Shown here: positions 17,210 through 27,520 of the stretch, piece by piece
Numbering within the stretch: position 1 is the stretch's first letter
Layout of the letters: the number at the start of each line of letters is the position of its first letter
Source of the DNA: Lewinellaceae bacterium
GTDB lineage: Bacteria; Bacteroidota; Bacteroidia; Chitinophagales; Saprospiraceae
Length of the DNA: 64,000 nt
Assembly (NCBI GenBank): GCA_020636045.1
Contig: JACJYP010000006.1
Location: 5,733-69,732, forward strand
Direction of reading: 5' to 3'
Notes under the pieces: model-generated
What the model saw: only the letters and a program-made list of their open reading frames with translations
Told to the model about the DNA's origin: nothing
Database searches by the model: none
Translations under genes and position numbers: made by a program

Positions 17210-17217
17210 CAAAAGTA
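17210..17217 (-). promoter_or_regulatory. Candidate -7 promoter box for rpsF-rpsR-rplI
   Basis: The minus strand reads TACTTTTG (TAnnTTTG), 48 nt upstream of the rpsF ATG. Confidence 0.35.
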
Positions 17218-17267
17218 GTATTTCCCGCCCGAACAGGCAAGCGAACAGGCAAAGTTTTGTGTATTGG

Positions 17268-17504
17268 TTATCCCCACAACCGGCGCAGCGCCCAAACGAT
17301 CAGGTTCAGCAGCAGGCTCAGGAGGATCATGGTTGTGATCGGGAAATAGAACCGGAAGTTGTCGCGTTCTATGCGGATGTCGCCCGGCAGGCGGCCGAGC
17401 CATCCGAGTTTGCCCTGCAACGCCCAGGCAAGCAGACCCAGCATCAGCAACACGGCGCCTGCCGCGATCAGGATTTTGGGCCAGTGAGGAGATTGTGGTT
17501 CCAT
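17268..17504 (-). CDS. DUF2905-family small membrane protein
   Basis: 78 aa with two TM segments and the LGRLPGDIRIERDNFRFYFPITT motif I associate with DUF2905. Confidence 0.7.
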   Translation of the reverse strand: MEPQSPHWPKILIAAGAVLLMLGLLAWALQGKLGWLGRLPGDIRIERDNFRFYFPITTMILLSLLLNLIVWALRRLWG

Positions 17505-17794
17505 ATTTGCCGATCTTTTTTCGAACCCTTGCTACTGCAAAAATAGATAAGGCCGCGCAAGGGATACCGTTACGTAGCGTTTTGAACAAACTCTTAATGT
17601 GTGCGGGCTACACGAAGTTTGCCGAAACGCCGTACCTTCGCCGCCATTCTTTCCGAAAGCGCCATGACCCACAGTGTCTCCACTATGCTCGCAAAACACG
17701 GCGACCCCGAAGGGCTGGCCAGTGATTTAAATTATTGCCTGACAATACTTTAAACACCTAAATTTCAACATTCAACAAATCAATTCAACGCTAT

Positions 17795-20356
17795 ATGGTT
17801 GGGAATCTGACGCAAAACGGCGCCAAACTCAAACGCATTTTTATTGAACCCAAATTGCCCGAAGGGCTGCACCCGCTGGCCGATCTATCGCAAAACCTCT
17901 GGTGGTCGTGGAACCACGAAGCGACGGAACTGTTCAGAAGCATCGACCCGCAGCTGTTCGAATCGACCAACTTCAACCCTGTGGCCCTGCTCGACGAACT
18001 GAGCATCGAACGCGCGAACGAACTGCTTGCCGACAAGGCGTTTACGGCCAAAATGAAACGTGTACACGCCGAATTTCGCAACTACATGGACAAGGCGCCG
18101 GCCAAAACCGGACCCGAGATCGCCTATTTTTGCATGGAATACGGCCTGCACCAAAGTATGCGGCTCTATTCGGGCGGTCTGGGTGTGCTCGCCGGCGATT
18201 ACCTGAAAGAGGTCAGCGACCGCAACTTCAACCTGCTGGCTGTCGGCCTGCTCTATCGCTACGGCTATTTCCAGCAGGGTATTTCGCTCAACGGCGAACA
18301 GATACACCATTTCGAGCCCGCCACTTTTACGCAACTGCCCCTTGAGCCGGTGCGCGACAAACGCGGCGAATGGATCAAAATACAGGTCAGCATGGGCGGT
18401 CGCACGGTGTGGGCGCGGGTGTGGCTGCTGCCCGTAGGGCGCGTGTCGCTTTACCTGCTCGATACCGATATCGACGACAACCGCTGGGAAGACCGCTCCA
18501 TCACTCACCAGCTCTACGGCGGCGACAATGAAAACCGCCTGCGGCAGGAGCTGCTGCTCGGTATCGGCGGCCTGCGCGCGCTGAAGGCTATGGGGCTTCA
18601 GCCCGACCTCTACCACCTCAACGAAGGCCACGCGGCCTTTCTGGGCATCGAACGCATCAGCGATTATATGAAGGACAAGGGGCTGAGCTACGAGGAATCG
18701 CTCGAGGTGGTGCGCGCCTCGCAACTCTTCACTACTCACACTCCCGTACCGGCCGGTCACGACACCTTTTCCGAGGCGCTGCTGCGCGACTACCTCTTCG
18801 ATTACACCTACGCGCTCGACATCTCCTGGGAAGAGCTCGTGGGATTGGGGCGTGTCGACAAAAGCGACTCGACCGAGTTGTTCAACGTGAGCCACCTCGC
18901 CATTCGCACCTCACAAGAGATCAACGGCGTGAGCCGCCTGCACGGGGAAGTGAGCCAGAAGATGTTTGCCGAACTCAATCCCGACTACAGTTATACCGAA
19001 AGCAATATCGGCTACGTCACCAACAGCGTGCACTTCCCGACCTGGGTAGCGGGCGAATGGCTCGAACTTTACCAAAATGAACTGGGCAAGAATATCCTGG
19101 AGGATCAGGGCAACCTGAAATTGTGGTCGAAAATACACGCCGTTCCGCCGGCCCGTATCATGGAACTGCGCAGCCTCCTGAAAAAACGCCTGCTGGACTG
19201 GGTGCGTCAGACGCTTCAGGAAGACCTGAGCCGCCGCGGCGAAAACCCGCGCACGACGTTCGAGATCATCAACCTGCTGCGCGACGATGCGCTGGTGCTG
19301 GGCTTCGCCCGCCGCTTTGCCACCTACAAGCGCGCGACCCTGCTATTTACCAATGAGAAACGCCTCGCCGACATCGTCAACAACGCCGAGCGGCCGGTGA
19401 TCTTTTTATTTGCCGGAAAGGCCCACCCCGCCGACAAAGCGGGGCAGGAATTCATCCGCCTGATCTACAACACCACAAAAAATCCGACTTTCAAAGGCAA
19501 GGTGATCTTTCTGGAAAATTACAGCATGGAAATGGCCAAATTGCTGGTGCAGGGAGTGGACATCTGGCTCAACAACCCGACCCGCCCGAAAGAAGCGAGC
19601 GGCACATCGGGTATGAAAGCCGTGATGAACGGCGTCATGAACTTCTCGGTGCTCGACGGCTGGTGGTGCGAAGGTTACCGGCCCGGTGCGGGCTGGGCGC
19701 TGCCGGAAAAAGAAAGTTTCGAAAATGCCGGCCTGCAAAACGAACTCGACGCAGAAACGATCTATAATATCCTGGAGAACGATATCGTCCCGACCTATTA
19801 CGAACAGGACGAGAACGGCGTATCGGAGCGCTGGGTGAGCCACATCAAAAATACGATCGCCCAGATTGCGCCCGAATTCGTGATGGGCCGCATGCTCGAC
19901 GATTACCAGGAGCGCTTCTACAGCAAACTCCAGGCGCAAAGCCAGACGTTCAAGCCTCACAATTTCCGCGCAGCACGCGAACTGGTAGAATGGAAATCCA
20001 GCGTCCGTCGGGCCTGGGATGCGATCGAACTGGTGGAAATGAACGTGCCGGATACCATCAACCACTCCCTGCCGCTGGGCGAACACTTCAAGGCATCGGT
20101 GACGCTGAATATACAACACCTGAAAGCGGAAGACCTGGGCATAGAGGTAGTGTTCTACAAGCGCCTGTCGGAAACGGAACTCGACCTGATCGCTACATAC
20201 CCCATGAAGTTGAAAAACCGCAAAGATGCCCTTGCGACCTTTGAATGCGACATGGCTCCCAACGCCGCCGGCGTATTCGAGTTCGGGTTCCGCCTGTATC
20301 CCACCCACCCGCTGCTGGCCCACCGCCAGGATTTCGGGCTGGTGCGTTGGCTTTAA
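17795..20356 (+). CDS. glgP: Alpha-glucan phosphorylase family protein (GT35)
   Basis: 853 aa. PLP-lysine motif EASGTSGMKAVMNG. N-terminal WWSWN and YFCMEYG segments are typical of the alpha-glucan phosphorylase subfamily. Confidence 0.9.
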   Translation: MVGNLTQNGAKLKRIFIEPKLPEGLHPLADLSQNLWWSWNHEATELFRSIDPQLFESTNFNPVALLDELSIERANELLADKAFTAKMKRVHAEFRNYMDKAPAKTGPEIAYFCMEYGLHQSMRLYSGGLGVLAGDYLKEVSDRNFNLLAVGLLYRYGYFQQGISLNGEQIHHFEPATFTQLPLEPVRDKRGEWIKIQVSMGGRTVWARVWLLPVGRVSLYLLDTDIDDNRWEDRSITHQLYGGDNENRLRQELLLGIGGLRALKAMGLQPDLYHLNEGHAAFLGIERISDYMKDKGLSYEESLEVVRASQLFTTHTPVPAGHDTFSEALLRDYLFDYTYALDISWEELVGLGRVDKSDSTELFNVSHLAIRTSQEINGVSRLHGEVSQKMFAELNPDYSYTESNIGYVTNSVHFPTWVAGEWLELYQNELGKNILEDQGNLKLWSKIHAVPPARIMELRSLLKKRLLDWVRQTLQEDLSRRGENPRTTFEIINLLRDDALVLGFARRFATYKRATLLFTNEKRLADIVNNAERPVIFLFAGKAHPADKAGQEFIRLIYNTTKNPTFKGKVIFLENYSMEMAKLLVQGVDIWLNNPTRPKEASGTSGMKAVMNGVMNFSVLDGWWCEGYRPGAGWALPEKESFENAGLQNELDAETIYNILENDIVPTYYEQDENGVSERWVSHIKNTIAQIAPEFVMGRMLDDYQERFYSKLQAQSQTFKPHNFRAARELVEWKSSVRRAWDAIELVEMNVPDTINHSLPLGEHFKASVTLNIQHLKAEDLGIEVVFYKRLSETELDLIATYPMKLKNRKDALATFECDMAPNAAGVFEFGFRLYPTHPLLAHRQDFGLVRWL

Positions 20357-20365
20357 GCGTGTTTT

Positions 20366-20415
20366 CCGTGCGGCGCAGCAAAACGCTTGCTGCGCCGCAC
20401 GGCTATTGTTTTTGC
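20366..20415 (+). terminator. Rho-independent terminator after glgP
   Basis: Perfect 16-bp stem CCGTGCGGCGCAGCAA (20366..20381) / TTGCTGCGCCGCACGG (20387..20402), followed by CTATTGTTTTTG. The hairpin abuts the stop codon of the convergent permease gene. Confidence 0.8.
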
Positions 20416-21974
20416 TTCAGATATGCCACCAGATCGCTGATCGAACGGACATTGAGCGATTCGGCGCGGGAGCGCTGCATCATCAGGGCATAGGTGTTGT
20501 TGAAGCCGAGCGGTTCGAGCCATTCCAAACCGTAGTCGTCCCGGAAATTGGATCTTACATAGCGAAAAACCTTGTCCTTGTCGCGTATCAGGCTATCCGC
20601 TTCCGACGCATCGGGCTGTAACAACACTAAAAATCCGGTGCCCGTATACTCGGGATACAGGTCGATATCACCCGTACGCAGGGCGTCGAAACAGATCTTG
20701 GTGCCCCCCAGGCCGGTTTTTAATTCCACATCCAGCGACGTGTAATTTTCGATCAGGATCGCAAACATGCGGGCCAGGATGTACTGCTCCGTGAAATTTT
20801 TTCCCCCGATCGCGACGTCGGCCTTGCCATTACGCTGTACATCGGTGCGCAGGCCCAGTTCCTGCAAAAATGCCCGGGCAACGGCCCGCGGGGCCCGCTG
20901 CTCGTGGTCGACGAGATAATTGAGGCGCCGCATCCGCTCGTCGGTGACCATTCCGGCCAGTTTATCGAGCGCGCCACGGATCTCGGGATAACGCTCCAGC
21001 GTTTCCATGCGCACCAGCGGCGCTACATAGTAGGGCGGGAAAAAATGCCGGTCGTCATCGAGGATGCGCAGGTCGTAGGCATCGATGCGCCCGTCGGTAG
21101 AGTAGCCGCCGATCACATCCACCTTGTCGTTTTTGACGGCTGAATACATCAAACCGGCGTCCATTTGTACGGCATCCATCTTGAGCCCGTAGGCGTCCTT
21201 CAGGCCCTGCCAGCCGTCGCGACGTTCCATGAATTCGGAAGTCAGGCCGGCTGTAAAGTTTCGCTCTGCTGACGCGCTCCACAGGCGATACAGGAAAATG
21301 GCGGCAATGCAAAGCAGCAACAAAATGAGCAACGGCCGCGCCCATTGGGTGATCTTTTGCTGGATCAGGCCGAGGCCGGTGTCCAGTACGATGGCCAGCA
21401 AGGCCGCCGGAATGGCGCCGCTGAGGATCAGGTAACTGTTGTTCAGGGCGATGCCCGTGAAAATAAACTCACCCAGGCCGCCGGCGGCGATGAGCGCGCA
21501 CAAAGTTGCTACGCCCACGTTGATCACCGCGGCGGTGCGGATGCCTGCAAAAAGTACCGGCAATGCCAGCGGGAGTTCCACGCGGGTCAGCAGTTGCCAG
21601 TCGGTCATGCCCATTCCTTTTCCCGCCTCCTTCACCGCAAGGTCTACGTTCTGTATGCCGGTGTAGGTATTGCGGATGACCGGCAGCAGGGCGTACAGGA
21701 AAAGCGCCACGATCGCCGGCATCGGGCCGATCCCGATCAGGGGGATCATAAATCCCAGCAAGGCGACGCTGGGAATGGTCTGAATCACGTTGGCGACCCC
21801 CAGCACCGGTCTGGCGAGTTGCTGTCTGCGCGTCATGGTCACGCCCAGCACGACCCCGACCCCAACCGCCAGGGCAACAGAAATGCCCGTCAGCACCAGG
21901 TGTTCGAGCGTTTTTTCCCCGATGGCCTGCCTTTTTTCGTACAAAAAATCAAACAGCTCGCGAAGTTCTTCCAT
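20403..21974 (-). CDS. Glycine betaine/choline-type ABC transporter, fused permease and substrate-binding protein
   Basis: The N-terminal half is a 5-6 TM permease with the EAA-type loop VKEAGKGMGMTDWQLLTRVELPLALP. The C-terminal half is a periplasmic-binding-protein-like domain of the OpuAC/OpuCC type. Confidence 0.8.
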   Translation of the reverse strand: MEELRELFDFLYEKRQAIGEKTLEHLVLTGISVALAVGVGVVLGVTMTRRQQLARPVLGVANVIQTIPSVALLGFMIPLIGIGPMPAIVALFLYALLPVIRNTYTGIQNVDLAVKEAGKGMGMTDWQLLTRVELPLALPVLFAGIRTAAVINVGVATLCALIAAGGLGEFIFTGIALNNSYLILSGAIPAALLAIVLDTGLGLIQQKITQWARPLLILLLLCIAAIFLYRLWSASAERNFTAGLTSEFMERRDGWQGLKDAYGLKMDAVQMDAGLMYSAVKNDKVDVIGGYSTDGRIDAYDLRILDDDRHFFPPYYVAPLVRMETLERYPEIRGALDKLAGMVTDERMRRLNYLVDHEQRAPRAVARAFLQELGLRTDVQRNGKADVAIGGKNFTEQYILARMFAILIENYTSLDVELKTGLGGTKICFDALRTGDIDLYPEYTGTGFLVLLQPDASEADSLIRDKDKVFRYVRSNFRDDYGLEWLEPLGFNNTYALMMQRSRAESLNVRSISDLVAYLKQKQ

Positions 21975-22030
21975 GTATGTGGTTGTGCTGAGAACGTTTT
22001 ACAAACGGCACGAAGGCATATCGGCAAACA

Positions 22031-23011
22031 TCAGGCTTCGCCGCCGGGCGTCTGTCCGGCGCGATAGGCATAAAATGCCTGCACAATGTGTGAAATCGAT
22101 ACCCGGCCAAGGGGGCGCTGCGTTTCATCGAGCAGTATAAAAGGCATGGAGGCGTCCGTCGAGTGGCCCGAAAGCAAGGTATACAGGTCCGTATCGGTAG
22201 CGATCTGATCTCCCGCGCCGGCCGCATCGGGATCGGGTTGCAGCATCGGCAGCAAATCACCCAGCGTCGTGACTTTTAGTTCTGCTTCGAAGCGATGTTG
22301 CTGAAAAAAAGAAGCGGCAAACGCATCATTCGGCTGGAAAAGCAGTTGGCGGGCGTCGCCTTCCTGCACGATCCGCCCGTCTTTCATCAGGCAGATACGA
22401 TCGGAGAGTTGTATGGCTTCGGCCAGGTCGTGTGTGACCAGCACCACGGCGATCTCGAACTGGCGGATCAGCCGCTGAAAACGCTGCTGCGCTTCGCCGC
22501 GTGTGATGGGGTCCAGGGCGCTGAAAGGCTCGTCCATCAGCAGCAGCGGCGGTCGGGTCACGATGGCCCGGGCGATCGCCACGCGCTGTTGCTGGCCTCC
22601 GCTCAGTTCGGCGGGATACTTGTGGGCAAAAAGGGCTGGATCGAGTTCCACTTGTTCGAGCACGTCGTTCACGGCCGTTTCAATTTTCCCTTCGTCGTAC
22701 CCGTTCAGGCGGGGCACAACGGCCACATTCTCCGCTACCGTGTAGTGTGGAAATAACCCGTTTTCCTGTATCACATAACCGATGGAGCGGCGCAGCAACA
22801 CGGGGTCACCTGCCGTGACCGGCCGCCCCTCGATCAGCACCTCGCCGGCGCTCGGTTCGATCAGGCGGTTGATCATTTTCAGCGTGGTGGTCTTCCCGCA
22901 GCCGCTTTCGCCCAACAAGGCCAGCATAGTGCCGCGCGGCACTCCGAAACTGACCCCGTCGACCACTTTTTTGTCGCCGTAGGTTTTTACCAAACCGTTT
23001 ACTTCAAGCAT
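22031..23011 (-). CDS. Glycine betaine/proline-type ABC transporter ATP-binding protein with C-terminal CBS-like region
   Basis: Walker A GESGCGKTT, signature LSGGQQQRVAIARA, Walker B LLMDEPFSALD, plus ~90 aa of C-terminal regulatory extension. Confidence 0.85.
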   Translation of the reverse strand: MLEVNGLVKTYGDKKVVDGVSFGVPRGTMLALLGESGCGKTTTLKMINRLIEPSAGEVLIEGRPVTAGDPVLLRRSIGYVIQENGLFPHYTVAENVAVVPRLNGYDEGKIETAVNDVLEQVELDPALFAHKYPAELSGGQQQRVAIARAIVTRPPLLLMDEPFSALDPITRGEAQQRFQRLIRQFEIAVVLVTHDLAEAIQLSDRICLMKDGRIVQEGDARQLLFQPNDAFAASFFQQHRFEAELKVTTLGDLLPMLQPDPDAAGAGDQIATDTDLYTLLSGHSTDASMPFILLDETQRPLGRVSISHIVQAFYAYRAGQTPGGEA

Positions 23012-23017
23012 AGGCGC

Positions 23018-23767
23018 CTATTCTTCCACATTGTTCAATTTTACACCGACAAATGCCTTGTACGTGAGTGGTTCACCATGCAGGTTGTAACGGTGTACGT
23101 ATTTTTTGCTGTCTTTCAGGTCAAAATGGTGCTCCGTCAGGTTTTGCAACACATCGCGGAAACCGCTTTCATCGTCTTTTGTCAGAAACTTGTCGCGGAT
23201 ATTGAAAGCGATCCAGGAGCCGTTTTCCACGATATTGAAGGCAGTTAAAAATGCCTCGGGCGGGATATCGCCAAAACCCAGTGCCGCAACGGTCACCAGA
23301 CAATTGAAGCGGCAGGATCGCATTTCCAGTTCATCTTTCGGATCGAGATCGGTGAAGTCCAGGACGTGATAATCTTCATAGACATCCGACCGGTCGCGCA
23401 GCGCGGCCATTTTGGCTTCCGGGATCACATCCACGCCGACGAGCATTTCTGCATTCCGGTTCTTCAGTTCTTCGCCGACCATGCCGTTGCCGGCGCCAAG
23501 GTCGAGTACCCTCAGGCGGGACATGTCTTGTCCGTTCCGGGCCATATTTTCCGCCAGCATATCGGCGATCACCGTGGGAGACTGGCATCGAAGCCGCCTG
23601 TAAAACAGTTTTTCGTACAGACCGGGCACTTCATAAATTTTGTGGTATTCGTGGAACAGGATCTTTTCCACACGATCGCCGTCTTCCAGGATAATAAACT
23701 CTTCATCCTGGTCGAGGTGCTCGTCAATTTGGGGCAAATAGAATTGGTACTCTTGAGTAAAGATCAT
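23018..23767 (-). CDS. Class I SAM-dependent methyltransferase with unassigned ~75-aa N-terminal domain
   Basis: Motif I VLDLGAGNGMVGEEL and a downstream acidic loop DV. The stop lies 6 nt before the ABC ATPase start, so likely the same operon. Confidence 0.75.
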   Translation of the reverse strand: MIFTQEYQFYLPQIDEHLDQDEEFIILEDGDRVEKILFHEYHKIYEVPGLYEKLFYRRLRCQSPTVIADMLAENMARNGQDMSRLRVLDLGAGNGMVGEELKNRNAEMLVGVDVIPEAKMAALRDRSDVYEDYHVLDFTDLDPKDELEMRSCRFNCLVTVAALGFGDIPPEAFLTAFNIVENGSWIAFNIRDKFLTKDDESGFRDVLQNLTEHHFDLKDSKKYVHRYNLHGEPLTYKAFVGVKLNNVEE

Positions 23768-23990
23768 TTATTCAAGGTATTGATGAAAGATTGCAGGGAA
23801 AAAGACAACTCCGCAAAAAATGGAAGGAAAACACGCCGGGCGCGCAGCGGAGCGATTGTACAAAGTTCGCCAAACAAGGCGGGAAACTCAAATAAATGAA
23901 GCAAAACGGGCCTCAAAATGGCGAAAACGGAATACGCCAAGGCGCCTGAAGCCCCGAAGGGCCAGACAGTTACGGCAACGTGAAATTTAT

Positions 23991-26900
23991 TTAAAATTTT
24001 GTTCCTGCTACCGGTGTCAGGGGCGCTCTGTGTTTGCCGATCAGCAACATATTCGGATCGACGACGACCCTGGCAGCTGGTGTTTGAGTAATGATACGCA
24101 GCTTGCTTTCAGCGGTGTCAAGTTTAAATCTTTCCACAGCGATCAAGCCTCCGGCGTCATCGAACAGGCCGATCTCGACGTAATCGGACAAGGGTACCTG
24201 AATTTCGCGACCGTGTTCCATCTTGTATTTGTGAATAGCAATAGACAAGTCAAGCGCAAAGCGCCCGTCGGGCAGCGGCGACAAAGTCGCGTCCCGGATA
24301 TCGGTATCGTGAAAAGTCAGGGTTTCGAAGAGATCGGTGACCAGGTATTGCAGCGAGTCGGGCAAGGCGTGTTTCAGCCGCTCTGCGAGTTCCGGCGCAA
24401 GAGGGTAGGGCGGCCCCCGAAAGCGGTATTCATTCAGAAGCCCCTCCAGGATCTCGTTTATTTGAGTTTCTCCGGCAAAATGGCTTAGTGCGTTGAAGGC
24501 CAGTGCGCCCTTGCCGTAGGCGATGTATGATTGTTCGGTCCCGACCCGCACCAGCGGCGGCTCTTCATCCTGCTCTGAGGTACGCCCCTTCAGATACCGC
24601 TGCCGTTGCAGGCCCAGAAAGCGCAGCGCCTGTGCATCGCCGTAGTGCCTTCTGAACACCTGCAGCGTTACATATTCGGCGATGCTTTCGGTAAGCATCA
24701 CTGCGCCCGGCGCATCTGCGGGCATCAGTTGATTTCCCCACCACTGGTGCGTGATCTCATGGGCGGGGGTATAGAAGGCAAGGTCCGTTTTTTCTCCCCC
24801 GGCGCCGGCATGCGCGATAAAACGGACCTCCGACATCGGGATGCAATTGCCGGAAGTGGTGGCAAAAGTCCCTTCCGTCTGCGGAAACTCGATGATGCGC
24901 GCTTCGTGATGCTGATATGGGCCGAAATATTGGGCATTATATGCGAGTGCAGCCTTCAGGCCGGCCATCATTTCCCCGAGTTTGTATTCGTGGCCCGGAT
25001 GATGATAAATTTCAAGCGCCACAGAGCCGAGTGTATCCCTGCGAACTGCAAAGCGGGCAGAGTGGATGCCGAAGGCGAACTTGATCTCCCGATCCATTTG
25101 ATAGTGAAAATACCGCCTGCCCCGGGCCTGCCACGATCTTTTCAATTGGCCCGGCGCTACCGCGATCTGATCGCCGGAGGTACCGATGATCGCCTCAAAA
25201 CGGATCAGGTCGGCGTCGCGGGACTGGTAATGGCGTTGTCTGGAAATACTGTCTGCGGGAGACGTTGACGCGCTGCCCTGAATGTACCCCAGGCGCGGAA
25301 AAATATCCTGCCGGAGGTATGTGCCGTTGCGCAAAACACCCGAATTCCGGCTGAACAAGGTATTGGGCCGGTTCCGGACAGAGAAATGCAGGCGCATGCT
25401 GTCGCCGGGCATCAGGCGCTCCTGCAGCCGCAATACACGGAACTGAAAGTAAGCGTCTTCACTGAGCATAGTACAAGCCCTGTCAGCCGAAATAGTGCTG
25501 ATCTCGTCGAAGCCGCCCCGCACCAGCAATGTATCGATGGCTTGCTCCGATTTGTTGATCAGCGTGTAATCACCGGACGCTTCGAAGCGGTTTTCTTCGG
25601 GATACAGTTCAATTGTTGCGTTGATCGCCGTGATACGGGGTTGCGGGGTGCCCCGAAGATGTTCATATTTTTTTTCGAAATCGGCATATGCCTTTTTTTG
25701 CACTTCAGGGGTGTAGGCGGCCTCTTTTGCTTCTTCCCGGTGAATCACATAACCCGTTACCGCCAGGGCGAGCAGCAGCATACAGGCAGCAATACCCACC
25801 TGAATATTGAGCCGTTTCTTCGCGGCGACAAACCGCTCGCGCCAGCGTTGCGCCACGCCGCGCGGGTAGACGAGATAAGCGACCAGGATCAGCAATAACC
25901 CGAAAAAAAGCCAGTGCGATTCCACCCACAGCCATGCGGGCAGGGCGCTGCCGTATCCGTTCAGATCGGAATATTGCGGAGCAGGCGGCAAATTGAAGGC
26001 CAGCAAACGTGTGGTAATGCCGATCTCCGGCAAACTGCCAACTCCAAGCCAACCCAGCAACAGCAAAAAAATGCCCAGGTAGGTGTTGGAGACAAAGGTG
26101 TGCAGGGCCACAGCGGCGAGTGTCCAGATGATCAGGTTGATGAAGGTGAGTACAAAGAGCTGAAAAATGTAAAGACCGAATTCAAAACGGTAATACCCGT
26201 GATACGCCTGCATCAGAACGCCTGCAAGCATCAGTAACCCCAGCAGCAGGGCCTGCATACCCGCAACCGCCAGCACCTTCGATCCTAAAAATACCCAACC
26301 CGGAACGGCAGCCGAGTCGCTCAGCGGGTACATGCGCGATGCGCGCTCTCGCTGCACAAGCATGCCCGTGTAGATAAAAGTCAGCAGTATGACCATGCCG
26401 GTAAAGAAAAATGCGGGCACCTGCAAAACTATACGCGTGACCGGCAACAAGACCATGTTTCCACTGGTGGTCACACGCTCCAGCGCAAACCCGAAAGCCA
26501 GTATGCCTGCCGCGGCGGCAACGAAAAACATCCGGCCCCTGAGGATAAAGCCCAACTGAAAACGCGCCAGGTAGAGGCAGGTCCTGAAATATTGCCCGAT
26601 ATCGTGCCTGTAAGCAACGGTCGGCAGGGCTACCGCCCGCTGGCTTCCGAAATTATCCTTTACATGCCGGGCGCCTTTCCGTCGCCGGCCGAAGAGCACC
26701 GGCACGTGTTCGTGAAACCTGAAGTTTTTATAAAAAACGCCGAATAAAAGGGCGCTGAGGCCCAGCCACAGCAAGCGATTGAGGATCAACACGTCGGCCA
26801 GCGGGATCGCGCGGATATTTTGCTCTTCTACGGTCCAGTACTGCGTGATGTAAGCCACTGCATTTTGCGCAAACGGATCGGCGATGGCCATCAGAAAAGG

Positions 26901-27509
26901 CCGGCTCCGCAAGGCGTTCTCTCCAACTGCCTGTATGGCAAACAGCAGCACAACGACCATAAAACCTGCGTAAATATTCCTGAAGCGGGTCACTGCGGCA
27001 AATACCACCGCGCCGTACGCGAGCATATTGGGAATGGTGAATACGCCGTATGCCATCAGGTAGCCGCCGGGCCTGCATGCTCCAATTTTGCCGGAATGAA
27101 GGCCCGGCAGTTGTTCGGCGGCAAAAACGCCGAGGCCCACCGAAGCAGCGACCGCCAGGGCGATGAGCAAGGTCGCCAGGAATCTGCCAAACAGGAAGTC
27201 GCGCTTATTCAGCGGGAAACTGTACATGATGCGATGCGCATCGTACTGGTAGTCCCTGTAAATGCCGGCTCCGATGACTGCGGGCAGCAGAAAAAGCAGG
27301 AGTTTGTTGAAATACTGGAATACGGAATACAGTCCGAAGGGGGAGTTCAGCAGCCGTGCCGTGCCGCTTTCCGGCGATTCGGGGTCGAAAAAACCGGCCG
27401 TGCCGGCAAATGAAACAAATGCCAGGGCAAAAAAGACGAGAAAGTAAAAGTAGCCGTAGGGCTTCTTCAGCCAGTACCCGATCTCGTGTGAAAATATTGC
27501 CCTGAACAT
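23991..27509 (-). CDS. ABC-2 type permease fused to an M1-family (gluzincin) peptidase domain
   Basis: The N-terminal ~560 aa have many hydrophobic TM segments. The C-terminal half has HEITH (24747..24761) followed by ESIAEY, a gluzincin HExxH...E arrangement, with a degenerate GxMEN-like IPMSE 36 aa upstream. Confidence 0.85.
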   Translation of the reverse strand: MFRAIFSHEIGYWLKKPYGYFYFLVFFALAFVSFAGTAGFFDPESPESGTARLLNSPFGLYSVFQYFNKLLLFLLPAVIGAGIYRDYQYDAHRIMYSFPLNKRDFLFGRFLATLLIALAVAASVGLGVFAAEQLPGLHSGKIGACRPGGYLMAYGVFTIPNMLAYGAVVFAAVTRFRNIYAGFMVVVLLFAIQAVGENALRSRPFLMAIADPFAQNAVAYITQYWTVEEQNIRAIPLADVLILNRLLWLGLSALLFGVFYKNFRFHEHVPVLFGRRRKGARHVKDNFGSQRAVALPTVAYRHDIGQYFRTCLYLARFQLGFILRGRMFFVAAAAGILAFGFALERVTTSGNMVLLPVTRIVLQVPAFFFTGMVILLTFIYTGMLVQRERASRMYPLSDSAAVPGWVFLGSKVLAVAGMQALLLGLLMLAGVLMQAYHGYYRFEFGLYIFQLFVLTFINLIIWTLAAVALHTFVSNTYLGIFLLLLGWLGVGSLPEIGITTRLLAFNLPPAPQYSDLNGYGSALPAWLWVESHWLFFGLLLILVAYLVYPRGVAQRWRERFVAAKKRLNIQVGIAACMLLLALAVTGYVIHREEAKEAAYTPEVQKKAYADFEKKYEHLRGTPQPRITAINATIELYPEENRFEASGDYTLINKSEQAIDTLLVRGGFDEISTISADRACTMLSEDAYFQFRVLRLQERLMPGDSMRLHFSVRNRPNTLFSRNSGVLRNGTYLRQDIFPRLGYIQGSASTSPADSISRQRHYQSRDADLIRFEAIIGTSGDQIAVAPGQLKRSWQARGRRYFHYQMDREIKFAFGIHSARFAVRRDTLGSVALEIYHHPGHEYKLGEMMAGLKAALAYNAQYFGPYQHHEARIIEFPQTEGTFATTSGNCIPMSEVRFIAHAGAGGEKTDLAFYTPAHEITHQWWGNQLMPADAPGAVMLTESIAEYVTLQVFRRHYGDAQALRFLGLQRQRYLKGRTSEQDEEPPLVRVGTEQSYIAYGKGALAFNALSHFAGETQINEILEGLLNEYRFRGPPYPLAPELAERLKHALPDSLQYLVTDLFETLTFHDTDIRDATLSPLPDGRFALDLSIAIHKYKMEHGREIQVPLSDYVEIGLFDDAGGLIAVERFKLDTAESKLRIITQTPAARVVVDPNMLLIGKHRAPLTPVAGTKF

Positions 27510-27520
27510 ACCTTGCCGGT

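Noticed and set aside
17505-17794. 290-nt gap upstream of glgP examined for a riboswitch or small gene (for example a 29-codon ATG frame at about 17655).
   Set aside because: I saw no recognisable riboswitch core, convincing hairpin-terminator pair or credible peptide. It is most simply a promoter/leader region.
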